Shown here piece by piece: positions 38,166 to 47,412 of a DNA stretch of 48,371 nucleotides; the stretch's first letter is position 1; the number at the start of each line of letters is the position of its first letter. Source of the DNA: a virus (taxonomy: Duplodnaviria > Caudoviricetes); the IMG/VR virus record IMGVR_UViG_3300025451_000019, positions 1 to 48,371 of that record. One strand, given 5' to 3'. The notes beneath the pieces are model-generated. The model was not told the DNA's origin and did not search any database. It saw only the letters and a program-made list of their open reading frames with translations. Made by a program: the position numbers and the translations under genes.

Positions 38166-38762
38166 ATGGCAAACATTTCAGATTTTAAAGCACAACTTAC
38201 TGGCGGTGGTGCTCGTGCCAACCAGTTCAGAGTTGGTTTAGCTTTCCCTTCGTTTGTGAATTTAGGCGTAATTGCCGGTACACAAGCACAGTTCCTATGT
38301 AACACTGCTCAGTTACCAGCATCTACGATTGAACCAATCTCTGTTCTATACAGAGGTCGTCCAGTTAATTTTGCCGGTGAAAGAACATTTGCTCCTTGGA
38401 CTGTTTCAATCTATAACGATACGAACTTCAACATTCGTAATGCTCTAGAACAATGGTCTAATGGCATTCAAAATAATGCAGATACTAATGGTATCACTAA
38501 CCCATTAAACTATCAAGTTGACATGGCAGTATATCAATTAGATCGCAATGGCGCAACTATTAAGACTTACTCATTCCACGATGCATTCCCTTCTGAAGTT
38601 GGCGATATTCAATTAGGTTACGATCAAGGTAACGCGATTGAAACTTTCAATGTGACGTTCCAATACAACTTCTGGACTTCGGATACTTCTACTGGCGGTG
38701 CAGCTGGTGGATTTGGAGTTAGCGGTACCGTTAATACTCCAGTTGGCTCTTTCCCTATTTAA
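38166..38762 (+). CDS. gp19: Tail tube protein gp19
   Basis: 'GGARANQF', 'YRGRPVNFAGERTFAPWTVSIYND..F.IR.ALEQW' and 'VYQLDRNG'. Confidence 0.95.
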   Translation: MANISDFKAQLTGGGARANQFRVGLAFPSFVNLGVIAGTQAQFLCNTAQLPASTIEPISVLYRGRPVNFAGERTFAPWTVSIYNDTNFNIRNALEQWSNGIQNNADTNGITNPLNYQVDMAVYQLDRNGATIKTYSFHDAFPSEVGDIQLGYDQGNAIETFNVTFQYNFWTSDTSTGGAAGGFGVSGTVNTPVGSFPI

Positions 38763-38778
38763 TTAGAAGCGATATATA

Positions 38779-40314
38779 ATGAAAGTCTTTGGTTTTGAAA
38801 TTCAGCGTAAGAAGCAGCCTGAGCCGTTATCAATTATTGCTCCATCACCAGATGATGGTTCGACAGTTGTAACGTCTACGGCTGGGTACTATGCCCACGT
38901 GATGAATATGGATGATACGATTAAGAGTGAAAACGACTTAATTCGTAGATACCGCGAAGTGTCGCAGTATCCTGATTGCGATAGTGCCATTGATGATATC
39001 ACCAATGAAGCTATTGTGGCAGAAGAGGATCATCCTCCTGTTGAAATTGTTTTAGACGATCTAAAAGTTTCTGCTGGAATTAAAACTAAGATTACTGACG
39101 AGTTTAAGAACGTCATGACCCTATTGAAATTCGATCAAAAAGGTCATGACATCTTTCGCAATTGGTATGTTGATGGTAGACTATACTATCAGATTCTAGT
39201 GGATGAAGCTAATCCAAAGAACGGTATCGTCGAACTACGACCTGTTGACTGCCGCAAGATTCGCAAGATTAAAAACGTACAGAAACAAAAGAATCCACAA
39301 GGTGTGGAGATCATTAAGAACGTAGAAGAGTATTACCTGTACAACGATAAGGGTATTACTGAATCTACAACTCAAGGAATTAAACTTCCTACTGATTCTA
39401 TTCTCTATACTCCATCAGGAGTCATAGATCAAAATTCCGGTCTTATGCTATCGTACTTGCATAAGGCTATTAAGTTAGTAAATCAACTTAAGATGATGGA
39501 AGACTCTTTAGTCATCTATCGTATCAGTAGAGCACCAGAACGTAGAATTTTCTATGTTGACGTTGGTAATCTACCAAAACAAAAAGCAGAACAATACGTC
39601 AATGACTTGATGAATAAGTTCCGTAACAAAGTTGTTTACGATGCAACAACCGGCGAAGTCCGCGATGATCGTAAGCATATGTCTATGATGGAAGACTTCT
39701 GGATGCCTCGCCGCGAAGGTGGCAAGGGTACAGAAATTACTACACTTCCTGGTGGACAAACACTTGGTCAGATTGAAGACATTGAGTTCTTCCAAGGTAA
39801 ACTATTTCAAGCATTGAACGTTCCAATGAGTCGCTTAAAAGGCGACGGTGGATTCAACCTTGGTCGTTCATCTGAGATCAGTCGAGATGAAATTAAATTT
39901 ACAAAGTTTGTTTGGAGAATTCGTAAGAAGTTCTCTAACTTATTCCTCGATGCTCTAAAGATTCAGTTAGTCCTTAAAGGTGTTATTAATATCGAAGACT
40001 GGCCAGAGATGGTTCAACAGATTCGATTTGACTTCATGAAGGATAACCACTTTGCAGAGATCAAAGATAACGAAATCATGCAAGGTAGAATTAATCTGCT
40101 AACTGCTATTGACCCATTCGTTGGAAAATACTATTCTCCTACATTCGTTAAGCGTAATATCCTTATGCTCAATGACGAACAAATCGAAGAAATCGACAAA
40201 GAGAATGAAACACATAATGCAGATACGCAAACTGCTGAAGTAAATGATATGTTGGTTAAGGGTAAAGCCCAAGCCGATATCAATAAAATGCAAGATACTG
40301 GAGATAAAAAATGA
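38779..40314 (+). CDS. gp20: Portal protein gp20
   Basis: 'LSYLHKAIK..NQLKMMEDSLVIYRISRAPERRIFYVDVGNLPK.KAEQY' and 'MEDFWMPRREGGKGTEITTLPGG'. Confidence 0.97.
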   Translation: MKVFGFEIQRKKQPEPLSIIAPSPDDGSTVVTSTAGYYAHVMNMDDTIKSENDLIRRYREVSQYPDCDSAIDDITNEAIVAEEDHPPVEIVLDDLKVSAGIKTKITDEFKNVMTLLKFDQKGHDIFRNWYVDGRLYYQILVDEANPKNGIVELRPVDCRKIRKIKNVQKQKNPQGVEIIKNVEEYYLYNDKGITESTTQGIKLPTDSILYTPSGVIDQNSGLMLSYLHKAIKLVNQLKMMEDSLVIYRISRAPERRIFYVDVGNLPKQKAEQYVNDLMNKFRNKVVYDATTGEVRDDRKHMSMMEDFWMPRREGGKGTEITTLPGGQTLGQIEDIEFFQGKLFQALNVPMSRLKGDGGFNLGRSSEISRDEIKFTKFVWRIRKKFSNLFLDALKIQLVLKGVINIEDWPEMVQQIRFDFMKDNHFAEIKDNEIMQGRINLLTAIDPFVGKYYSPTFVKRNILMLNDEQIEEIDKENETHNADTQTAEVNDMLVKGKAQADINKMQDTGDKK

Positions 40315-40481
40315 GTACACGTGATTTAGTAGACGCCTTAATTTCAGGCGATTCGATTGAAATTGAAAATGCATTTGATGCTACTATGGCTGAAAAGATG
40401 TCGTCTAGTTTAGACACATATAGAGTTAAAGTGGCCCAGTCAATGTTTAACCCTGCCGTAGCAGTTGCAGATTCAGAATAA
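40311..40481 (+). CDS. gp67: Prohead core protein gp67-like (56 aa, absent from the ORF track)
   Basis: Hand translation gives MSTRDLVDALISGDSIEIENAFDATMAEKMSSSLDTYRVKVAQSMFNPAVAVADSE*. ATGA overlap with the portal gene and SD GGAG. Position and the 'F...M..K...L...KV.VA.SMF' pattern fit gp67. Confidence 0.75.
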   Translation: MSTRDLVDALISGDSIEIENAFDATMAEKMSSSLDTYRVKVAQSMFNPAVAVADSE

Positions 40482-40499
40482 TTCTAATCTCTATTTGAT

Positions 40500-40507
40500 G
40501 ATAAATA
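40500..40507 (+). promoter_or_regulatory. Late promoter variant GATAAATA
   Basis: Intergenic, upstream of SD AAGGA and the ATG at 40527. Confidence 0.55.
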
Positions 40508-40526
40508 TAATCAATAAGGAACTAAT

Positions 40527-40958
40527 ATGGCGGTCGTAAAAAGCTTTTTAAAATTAACAGAATCAGAGAGCGTAGTTAAAGTCGCAGGAACTGCCGGTGC
40601 TGCTACCATCAGTCTAGCGACTGACTTGCTTCGCTCAACTGAAGCACTCACAGTTGGTGGTACTCCAACAGCAACAATCAGAACTCTCACTTGGAGTGGT
40701 GCTGCAGCAGGTGTAATCACGATCACTAGAAATGGTGTGACAGTATTTACACTTCTTAGTGCTGCATGTGGTCAGTTAGATTTTGGCGGACAATTTTGTG
40801 TCGCCGATAACACTGAAGCGACGTCTGATATCGTAGTTACAATCAGCGGTGGCCAAGCAGAGGTGTTGCTTCGCGTGGCTAAAGTAACTGGTTATTCAAG
40901 CAAGATTGAAACTTCACAGTTCAGCGTATATGATAATCTAAACGCAGTGGGAAGCTAA
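40527..40958 (+). CDS. Hypothetical head-module protein (occupies the gp68 position)
   Basis: 143 aa, beta-rich, good SD, between the gp67-like ORF and gp21. Confidence 0.7.
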   Translation: MAVVKSFLKLTESESVVKVAGTAGAATISLATDLLRSTEALTVGGTPTATIRTLTWSGAAAGVITITRNGVTVFTLLSAACGQLDFGGQFCVADNTEATSDIVVTISGGQAEVLLRVAKVTGYSSKIETSQFSVYDNLNAVGS

Positions 40959-40960
40959 TC

Positions 40961-41614
40961 ATGTATCTAATTAAAGAAGTCGTAGAGACCTGCACACTAG
41001 TTACCGAGAATAAACTCGGTAAAGGTAAAGAATATTTTATTGAAGGCGTATTCCTTCAATCGGAAGTCAAGAATCGCAACGGTCGTATGTATCCAGAATC
41101 TACAATGGATAGAGAAGTTGCGCGTTACATGCTTGAAAAAGTAGGTAAGAATACTGCTTATGGAGAACTTGGTCATCCAGAATCTCCATCTATCAATCTA
41201 GATAGAGTATCACATATGATTGTCGATCTTCGCAAAGAAGGCACTAATTATATTGGTAAAGCAAAGATCATGGAAACACCAATGGGTAATATTGCACGAA
41301 GCCTTCTTGAAGGTGGAGCAAATCTCGGAGTTTCCAGTAGAGCGCTTGGATCCCTTCGTATGAATAAAGAAGGCGTGCAAGTTGTTCAAGACGATTTTAT
41401 GTTGTCAACGGCAGCAGACATCGTCGCAGATCCTTCAGCACCAGATGCTTTCGTAAGAGGTATCATGGAGTCGGCAGAGTGGGTTTTTGTTGATGGTCGC
41501 TTTGAACAAAAGCATATTGAACAAACTAAGAAACTTATTCAGAATGTTCCGTCTAAGCGATTGAACGAAGTTTCCATACAAGCATTTCAGAATTTTCTGA
41601 ATAATCTAAAGTAA
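40961..41614 (+). CDS. gp21: Prohead protease gp21
   Basis: 'IEGVFLQSEVKNRNGRMYP', 'GELGHP', 'LGVSSRALGS' and 'DIVADPSAPDAFV'. Confidence 0.96.
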   Translation: MYLIKEVVETCTLVTENKLGKGKEYFIEGVFLQSEVKNRNGRMYPESTMDREVARYMLEKVGKNTAYGELGHPESPSINLDRVSHMIVDLRKEGTNYIGKAKIMETPMGNIARSLLEGGANLGVSSRALGSLRMNKEGVQVVQDDFMLSTAADIVADPSAPDAFVRGIMESAEWVFVDGRFEQKHIEQTKKLIQNVPSKRLNEVSIQAFQNFLNNLK

Positions 41615-41647
41615 TAAATAAATAATCTAGTTTAGGAGAATAAACAC

Positions 41648-42493
41648 ATGTCTATCGAACAAAAAATTGCCGACCTTCTTGAAGAATCAAAGAAGTTACA
41701 AGAAGAACAAGTTGAAGTAGTTGCTGAAGAAGTAGCTGCTGAAGTAGTCGCTGAAGAAGTGGTTGCTGAAGAACTTACAATCGACGTATCTGAAGACGTC
41801 GCCGCTTTAATTAACGGTGAAGAACTATCAGAAGAATTTAAAACTAAAGCTGCTACAATTTTTGAAGCAGCTGTAGTAACTCGTGTTAAGCAAGAAATTG
41901 CTAAACTCGATGAACAGTTTGATACTAAACTTGCTGAGCAAGTAGAGTCAATCAAAGAGGGTCTTGTTGAAAAAGTTGATGGATACCTTAACTACGTAGT
42001 TGAGCAGTGGATGACAGATAATGAGCTTGCCCTTGAAAATGGTATGAAGAGTGAAATCATGGAGAGTTTCATCACTGGTATGAAAGGTCTTTTTGAGCAA
42101 CACTACATTGATGTACCTGAAGAAAAGTTTGATGTTCTAGGTCAAATGCAAGAAGAAGTTAGTGCCGTAAAGTCTAAACTCGACGAGCAATTAGCTGCTA
42201 ATGTTGAACTAACTAAGCAAGTAAACGAGATGAAGAGAGTTGCTGCGATTGCAGAATCTGCAGCAGGAATGGTTGATACCGACGTAGAGAAGTTCAGCGG
42301 CCTAGCTGAAGAACTTGCCTTCGAAGATGCTGACACCTTCAAGACGAAACTTCAAACCATTAAGGAAAATTATTTTGGTAAGAAGGTAAGTAAGACTGTT
42401 GATTCAGTCGTGACAGATGAGCCAGTGCAACTTTCTGAAGAATCAATCAGCCCGAGAATGGCTGCTACTCTTCGTGCACTAGGTAAGAAGTAA
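41648..42493 (+). CDS. gp22: Prohead scaffolding protein gp22
   Basis: 'LSEEFKTKAATIFEAAV', 'VDGYLNYVVEQWM..NELA' and 'IKENYF'; acidic coiled coil. Confidence 0.95.
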   Translation: MSIEQKIADLLEESKKLQEEQVEVVAEEVAAEVVAEEVVAEELTIDVSEDVAALINGEELSEEFKTKAATIFEAAVVTRVKQEIAKLDEQFDTKLAEQVESIKEGLVEKVDGYLNYVVEQWMTDNELALENGMKSEIMESFITGMKGLFEQHYIDVPEEKFDVLGQMQEEVSAVKSKLDEQLAANVELTKQVNEMKRVAAIAESAAGMVDTDVEKFSGLAEELAFEDADTFKTKLQTIKENYFGKKVSKTVDSVVTDEPVQLSEESISPRMAATLRALGKK

Positions 42494-42516
42494 ACATCCA
42501 TTAAAAGGAAAATAAA

Positions 42517-43779
42517 ATGACAACACGTCAAGATTTAATTAAAAAGTGGTCTCCAATCTTGGAAGCTACCGAAGCTGCTCCAATCCAGTCTAACTATCGT
42601 AAAGAAGTTACCGCTGTTCTTTTAGAGAATCAAGAACGCGCAATGGCTGAGAGCTATCAAGCTCTTAACGAAATTGCTAACACCGGTGGTGCTGGTGTTG
42701 CTATGGGCGGTGCTGGTACTAATGCAAATATGGCTGGTTACGATCCAGTTCTTATTTCCCTAGTACGTCGTGCAGCTCCACAGATGATCGCTTATGACAT
42801 CGCTGGTGTTCAACCAATGACCCAACCTACAGGTTTGATCTTCGCTATGAAGAGCAAGTACTCTACTCAAGACGGTGCAGAAGCGTTGTTCAACGAAGCA
42901 GATACTGACTTCTCTGGTACTGGTACCCACGCTGGTTCTAACCCAGTTGATGGCACTTACACCAAGGGTACTGGTATGTCTACCTCTACCGCTGAAGATC
43001 TTGGCGCTGGTACTGCATTCGGTCAAATGGCTTTCTCTATCGAGAAGACAACCGTTACTGCACAAACTCGTGCATTGAAGGCAGAATACACTACTGAATT
43101 AGCACAAGACTTGAAAGCAGTTCACGGTCTTGACGCTGAAGGCGAACTAAGCAACATTCTTTCATCAGAAATTCTTGGTGAAATTAACCGCGAAGTTCTA
43201 CGTACCGTGTACATCGGTGCTAAGGTTGGTGCTCAAGTTGGTACCGCTGCTGCTGGTACTTTTGACTTGGACGTTGATGCTAACGGTCGCTGGTCTGTTG
43301 AAAAATTCAAAGGTCTAATGTTCCAAATCGAACGTGAAGCTAATGCAATTGCACAAACAACCCGTCGTGGTCGTGGTAACTTCATCATCTGTTCTTCAGA
43401 TGTTGCTAGTGCCTTGGCAATGGCTGGTGTTCTTGACTATGCTCCTGCATTGTCTACCGGTCTAAACGTTGACGAAGCAAGCACCACTTTTGCTGGTGTT
43501 CTAAACGGTAAGTACAAAGTGTATGTTGATCCATACTCTGCTAACCAAGCAAATACTCAGTTCTTCGTAACTGGTTATAAAGGTACTTCTGCATTCGACG
43601 CTGGTCTTTTCTATTGCCCATACGTGCCGCTAGAAAAAGTTCGTGCTATCGATCCAGCTACCTTCCAACCAAAAATTGGTTTCAAAACCCGTTATGGCAT
43701 GGTTGCTAACCCGTTCACTAGCTTGTCTTCTGGACAAAACATCTACTATCGCAAGGTAGCAGTTACCAACTTGATGTAA
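42517..43779 (+). CDS. gp23: Major capsid protein gp23
   Basis: 'KKWSPIL', 'LLENQE', 'GVQPMTQPTGLIFAM', 'RALKAEYT.ELAQDLKAVHGLDAE' and 'FQPKIGFKTRYG'. Confidence 0.98.
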   Translation: MTTRQDLIKKWSPILEATEAAPIQSNYRKEVTAVLLENQERAMAESYQALNEIANTGGAGVAMGGAGTNANMAGYDPVLISLVRRAAPQMIAYDIAGVQPMTQPTGLIFAMKSKYSTQDGAEALFNEADTDFSGTGTHAGSNPVDGTYTKGTGMSTSTAEDLGAGTAFGQMAFSIEKTTVTAQTRALKAEYTTELAQDLKAVHGLDAEGELSNILSSEILGEINREVLRTVYIGAKVGAQVGTAAAGTFDLDVDANGRWSVEKFKGLMFQIEREANAIAQTTRRGRGNFIICSSDVASALAMAGVLDYAPALSTGLNVDEASTTFAGVLNGKYKVYVDPYSANQANTQFFVTGYKGTSAFDAGLFYCPYVPLEKVRAIDPATFQPKIGFKTRYGMVANPFTSLSSGQNIYYRKVAVTNLM

Positions 43780-43810
43780 TCAAGTTAAGTCTACGTAAGA
43801 TAGACACTTT

Positions 43811-43837
43811 AAAAGGGGACTTCGGTCCCCTTTTTTT
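43811..43837 (+). terminator. Rho-independent terminator after gp23 (possibly bidirectional)
   Basis: AAAAGGGGAC-TTCG-GTCCCCTTTTTTT, with a C(UUCG)G tetraloop as in T4 terminators. Confidence 0.92.
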
Positions 43838-43839
43838 CG

Positions 43840-43847
43840 TATAAATA
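43840..43847 (+). promoter_or_regulatory. T4-type late promoter TATAAATA for gp3
   Basis: Perfect consensus immediately after the terminator, 5 nt before the ATG at 43853. Confidence 0.8.
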
Positions 43848-43852
43848 ATAGT

Positions 43853-44386
43853 ATGACTACAGTACTTTCTACTCAAATTCCAAAGAACGTTAATCCATTA
43901 TCTCCTAATGGATACCTGTTTACACTTCAAAGATTGCCAACGCTGAGTTACTTTTGTCAAGAAGTATCTTTGCCTGCTATCACTCTACCTGAAGCAACTC
44001 AGTTAACACCATTTTCTAAGGTTCCATTAGCAGGTGATCAGATTGATTTTGATACTCTTAGAGTTCAATTCTTGATTGATGATAAGATGGAAAACTATAA
44101 AGCCATTCACAATTGGATTATAGGACTAGGGTTTCCAGAAGATTATGCCCAGTACACTACCACTATCGGTGGTGCAACACCTGCTGCAATGAGTGAAGTC
44201 GCAAAATCCTCATCAGACGCTACACTGGTTATACTTGGTAACGACAACAATCCTATACAAACAATTCAGTTTGCAGATTGTATTCCACAAAGTTTGGAAA
44301 GCATAACGTTTACATCTACCAATCAAGATGTGACATACTTAATCGGAAGCGTAAACTTTTCGTATTCTTATTATAGATTCATTTAA
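43853..44386 (+). CDS. gp3: Tail tube terminator/completion protein gp3
   Basis: 'NPLSPNGY.F...RLP.LSYFCQ.VSLP', 'GDQIDFD.L...FLIDDKMENY..IHNW' and 'SDATL.IL'. It follows gp23 as in cyanophage-like T4s. Confidence 0.88.
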   Translation: MTTVLSTQIPKNVNPLSPNGYLFTLQRLPTLSYFCQEVSLPAITLPEATQLTPFSKVPLAGDQIDFDTLRVQFLIDDKMENYKAIHNWIIGLGFPEDYAQYTTTIGGATPAAMSEVAKSSSDATLVILGNDNNPIQTIQFADCIPQSLESITFTSTNQDVTYLIGSVNFSYSYYRFI

Positions 44387-44419
44387 TTATTAGCCGAAAG
44401 GCTATCACTGAAATACATT

Positions 44420-44857
44420 ATGAACATTGAAGAACTTCATGACCTCTGGGACGTTGATTGCAATATCAACAGTGATCACCTTGATCGCGAATCAGTTAAG
44501 AGCCCACAACTCCACGCAAAATACTTACGACTTCTTATCCAGCATAAGATGAAACTATCAGCATTGACTGCTGAATATAATACTGTTCGCCAAAAGAAGT
44601 TTAGATACTACAGAGGAGAGATGGGTAAGGATGAACTCATTGAACTAAACTGGAAACAGTGGCAGGGAATCAAACCACTAAAGAATGAGATGGATGAATT
44701 CCTTGAAGGTGACACCGACTTAAACAAGATCAACATTAAGAGTGCATATATAAAAGGAATGGTAGAAGCTTTAGAGTCTATCCTTGGTCAAATAAAATCT
44801 CGTGACTGGCAGATTAAAAATGCTATCACTTGGAAACAATTCGTTGCAGGTAATTAA
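44420..44857 (+). CDS. uvsY: Recombination mediator UvsY
   Basis: 'LDRESVKSPQLHAKYL', 'YYRGE' and 'IKSRDWQIKNAITWKQF'. Confidence 0.92.
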   Translation: MNIEELHDLWDVDCNINSDHLDRESVKSPQLHAKYLRLLIQHKMKLSALTAEYNTVRQKKFRYYRGEMGKDELIELNWKQWQGIKPLKNEMDEFLEGDTDLNKINIKSAYIKGMVEALESILGQIKSRDWQIKNAITWKQFVAGN

Positions 44858-44859
44858 TA

Positions 44860-46341
44860 ATGATCACAATTGAGAAGGTAAACAACGTTCACCTGCGGAT
44901 CTATGCAGATCCTTCAATCACACAAGAACTATCGGAATTCTTCACCTTTCAGGTAGAAGGCTATAAGTTCACGCCTGCTTACAGAAGCGGTCAGTGGGAT
45001 GGAAAGATTCGCATGTATGATATGCATCGCAAGACTCTATACGTTGGCCTTCTTAAATATGTTATTGGATTTGCAGAGCGTAATCAATATGAGATTGCAT
45101 ATAATAATGAAGTACTACCTGCTAACAATATAACTCGTGAAGAGATTGTTGAATATGCTAAGTGGTTGAACCCATGTTCTCGTGGTGTTCCCATTGAGAT
45201 CTATGACTATCAGGTAGACGCCGTCCATAAGGCACTAACGGATGAACGTGCTTTACTACTATCTCCTACTGCATCAGGCAAATCATTCATCATCTATACT
45301 ACGATGAGATGGCATCTTGAGAACAAACGAAAGTGTATTGTTATCGTTCCAACTACTTCGCTAGTTGAACAGTTATACGCAGACTTTGCAGATTACTCTT
45401 CTGTTAATGGATGGAAGACTGATAGGCACTGCCAGAAACTATACAGTGGATTCACTAAGGATGTTCAAGCAGATGTATTGATCACCACATGGCAATCAAT
45501 TTACAAGCAACCTGCTGCTTGGTTTAATCAGTTCGACGTTATCTTCGGCGATGAAGCTCATAACTTTAAAGCAAAATCTCTTACATCCGTGATGGATAAG
45601 ATGGTTAACGTTAAGTACCGTGTAGGTACTACTGGTACGCTAGACGATAAGAAAGTTCACAAACTTGTGCTAGAAGGAATCTTTGGTCCAGTTCATAGAG
45701 TTATTTCTACTCGCGAATTGATGGATTCAAACAGAGTTGCAAACTTAAAGATTACCTGTATCGTACTAAAGTATGATGAGACATCTCGCAAGATTATGAA
45801 TAAAGCTCAGTATCCAGATGAGATCAACTTTATCATTGGGCACGAGAAGCGTAACAGATTCATCCGTAACCTAGCACTAAACTGTGAAGGTAATACGCTG
45901 GTATTATTCCAAATGGTTGCTAAGCATGGCAAGATTCTACATGAAATGATTGCTGCTAAAGCCGGTGATAAGAGAAAAGTATTCTTTATCTACGGTGGAA
46001 CTGATACGGATGCTAGAGAAGAAGCTCGTAAGCTTATGGAGAATGAAACTGATGCTATCTGTATCGCTTCATTTGGCGTATTCTCGACAGGTATAAATAT
46101 CCCATCGATAGAGAACGTTATCTTTGCTTCACCAAGTAAGTCTAAGATTCGTAATCTACAATCTATTGGTCGAGGATTAAGATTAAAAGAAGGTAAGACT
46201 CACTGTAATCTATATGATATCAGCGATGATCTACACTGGAAGTCTTATAAGAATCATACTCTTGGTCACTTAGCAGAAAGACTGAAGACGTATTCTGAAG
46301 AGAAGTTTGTCTATAAGATTGTTGAGGTGCCAGTTGAATGA
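44860..46341 (+). CDS. uvsW: DNA helicase UvsW
   Basis: 'WDGKIR', Walker A 'SPTASGKS', 'DEAH', 'GTTGT' and 'LQSIGRGLR'. Confidence 0.95.
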   Translation: MITIEKVNNVHLRIYADPSITQELSEFFTFQVEGYKFTPAYRSGQWDGKIRMYDMHRKTLYVGLLKYVIGFAERNQYEIAYNNEVLPANNITREEIVEYAKWLNPCSRGVPIEIYDYQVDAVHKALTDERALLLSPTASGKSFIIYTTMRWHLENKRKCIVIVPTTSLVEQLYADFADYSSVNGWKTDRHCQKLYSGFTKDVQADVLITTWQSIYKQPAAWFNQFDVIFGDEAHNFKAKSLTSVMDKMVNVKYRVGTTGTLDDKKVHKLVLEGIFGPVHRVISTRELMDSNRVANLKITCIVLKYDETSRKIMNKAQYPDEINFIIGHEKRNRFIRNLALNCEGNTLVLFQMVAKHGKILHEMIAAKAGDKRKVFFIYGGTDTDAREEARKLMENETDAICIASFGVFSTGINIPSIENVIFASPSKSKIRNLQSIGRGLRLKEGKTHCNLYDISDDLHWKSYKNHTLGHLAERLKTYSEEKFVYKIVEVPVE

Positions 46342-46681
46342 ATATGTAGTATTTAAACTAGTGTCTGGTGAACAGATGATTGGTACATTGTTGAATGATA
46401 TCAGCGAAGGAATAGTCGTACTAGATCCTATAATCGTGAAGATGACACATATCGTTAGAGATGGTGAACATGTAGAACAGGCTGTTACATCTAGATTCTG
46501 TCAGTTTGCAGAAGACAATGTATTTGCTTTCCGTCATAGAGATCTGATCTACAAGAAGAAACTAGATCCTAATATGGTACAGTACTATGCTCGTATTATT
46601 AAAGCACTAGACGCAGAAGACAATAATATCCAACCAGCCAATGAACCAGTTGATATACCAAAGGATAGAATTCTTCATTAA
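46334..46681 (+). CDS. Conserved hypothetical protein after uvsW (Sm-like fold suspected)
   Basis: 'VFKLVSGEQMIG' N-terminus. The probable start is TTG at 46334, with GAGG upstream. Confidence 0.7.
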   Translation: MNEYVVFKLVSGEQMIGTLLNDISEGIVVLDPIIVKMTHIVRDGEHVEQAVTSRFCQFAEDNVFAFRHRDLIYKKKLDPNMVQYYARIIKALDAEDNNIQPANEPVDIPKDRILH

Positions 46682-46699
46682 TCTGAAATCCTTAGATTT

Positions 46700-46728
46700 A
46701 TTATACCATCGGTTTGCATGGCTGTACA
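46700..46728 (-). promoter_or_regulatory. Sigma70-like promoter, antisense orientation (TGTACA-N17-TATAAT with extended TGn)
   Basis: The minus strand reads TGTACA gccatgcaaaccgatgg TATAAT. Confidence 0.6.
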
Positions 46729-46761
46729 ATCTAATTTATCTAAATGCAATCTAATCTTGAT

Positions 46762-46790
46762 TGTACATGAGTCAATCTTTAGTGTATAAT
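46762..46790 (+). promoter_or_regulatory. Sigma70-like early/middle promoter of gp55 (TGTACA-N17-TATAAT)
   Basis: TGTACA tgagtcaatctttagtg TATAAT, 25 nt upstream of the gp55 ATG. Confidence 0.75.
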
Positions 46791-46815
46791 CGAGTAAACA
46801 CACTACGGAATTCTA

Positions 46816-47412
46816 ATGGCAACCCACTACGTCAACAACGCCCAAATGCTTGAGTCTATCAAGGATTATCGGGAAAAACTACTAGCCTCTAGAGAAAATT
46901 CTACTGAGACACCTCGTATTCCGGAATACCTTGGCGAGTGTATCATGAAGATCGCTACAGGTCTAAGTAGGAAATCAAACTTTATCAACTACTCGTATAA
47001 AGACGATATGATTCTTGATGGAATCGAAAACTGCATTCATTGTATGCACTCCTTCGATCCAGAAAAATCCTCAAATCCCTTCTCCTACTTCACACAGGTA
47101 ATCTACTTTGCTTTCCTTCGCCGCATTGCCAAGGAAAAGAAGCAATCGTACATCAAGGGTAAACTCATTCAAGACATGGCATTCGACTCCTTTGATCTAC
47201 AAGGGCATGATGACGATGCAGACTTTAAGAATGCTTACACCGCTTTCATTCAAGCAAATTCTAACTTTGACGATTCGTTCATAAAGAACAAAGAAAAGAA
47301 AAAGAAGGAAAAGCTTGAACAGTCACTTGCTAACTTCATTGACGATCCAAAGACTCCTCCTCCAAACGAAGACAACAACCCTTTCTTTAGTGATGAAATT
47401 CCACATGACTGA
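46816..47412 (+). CDS. gp55: Late-transcription sigma factor gp55
   Basis: 'HYVNN', 'YLGECIMKIA.GLS.K.NF.NYSY.DDMI.DGIENC' and 'FDPEKS.NPFSYFTQVIYFAFLRRI.KEKKQ'. Confidence 0.96.
   Translation: MATHYVNNAQMLESIKDYREKLLASRENSTETPRIPEYLGECIMKIATGLSRKSNFINYSYKDDMILDGIENCIHCMHSFDPEKSSNPFSYFTQVIYFAFLRRIAKEKKQSYIKGKLIQDMAFDSFDLQGHDDDADFKNAYTAFIQANSNFDDSFIKNKEKKKKEKLEQSLANFIDDPKTPPPNEDNNPFFSDEIPHD

Noticed and set aside
41700-41775. Short GCTGAAGAAGT-type tandem repeats
   Set aside because: They encode the ordinary low-complexity acidic EEVVAE linker of scaffold protein gp22.
34145-43779. Introns or inteins in terminase, portal or capsid genes
   Set aside because: The ORFs are continuous and of normal length, with no intein splice motifs.
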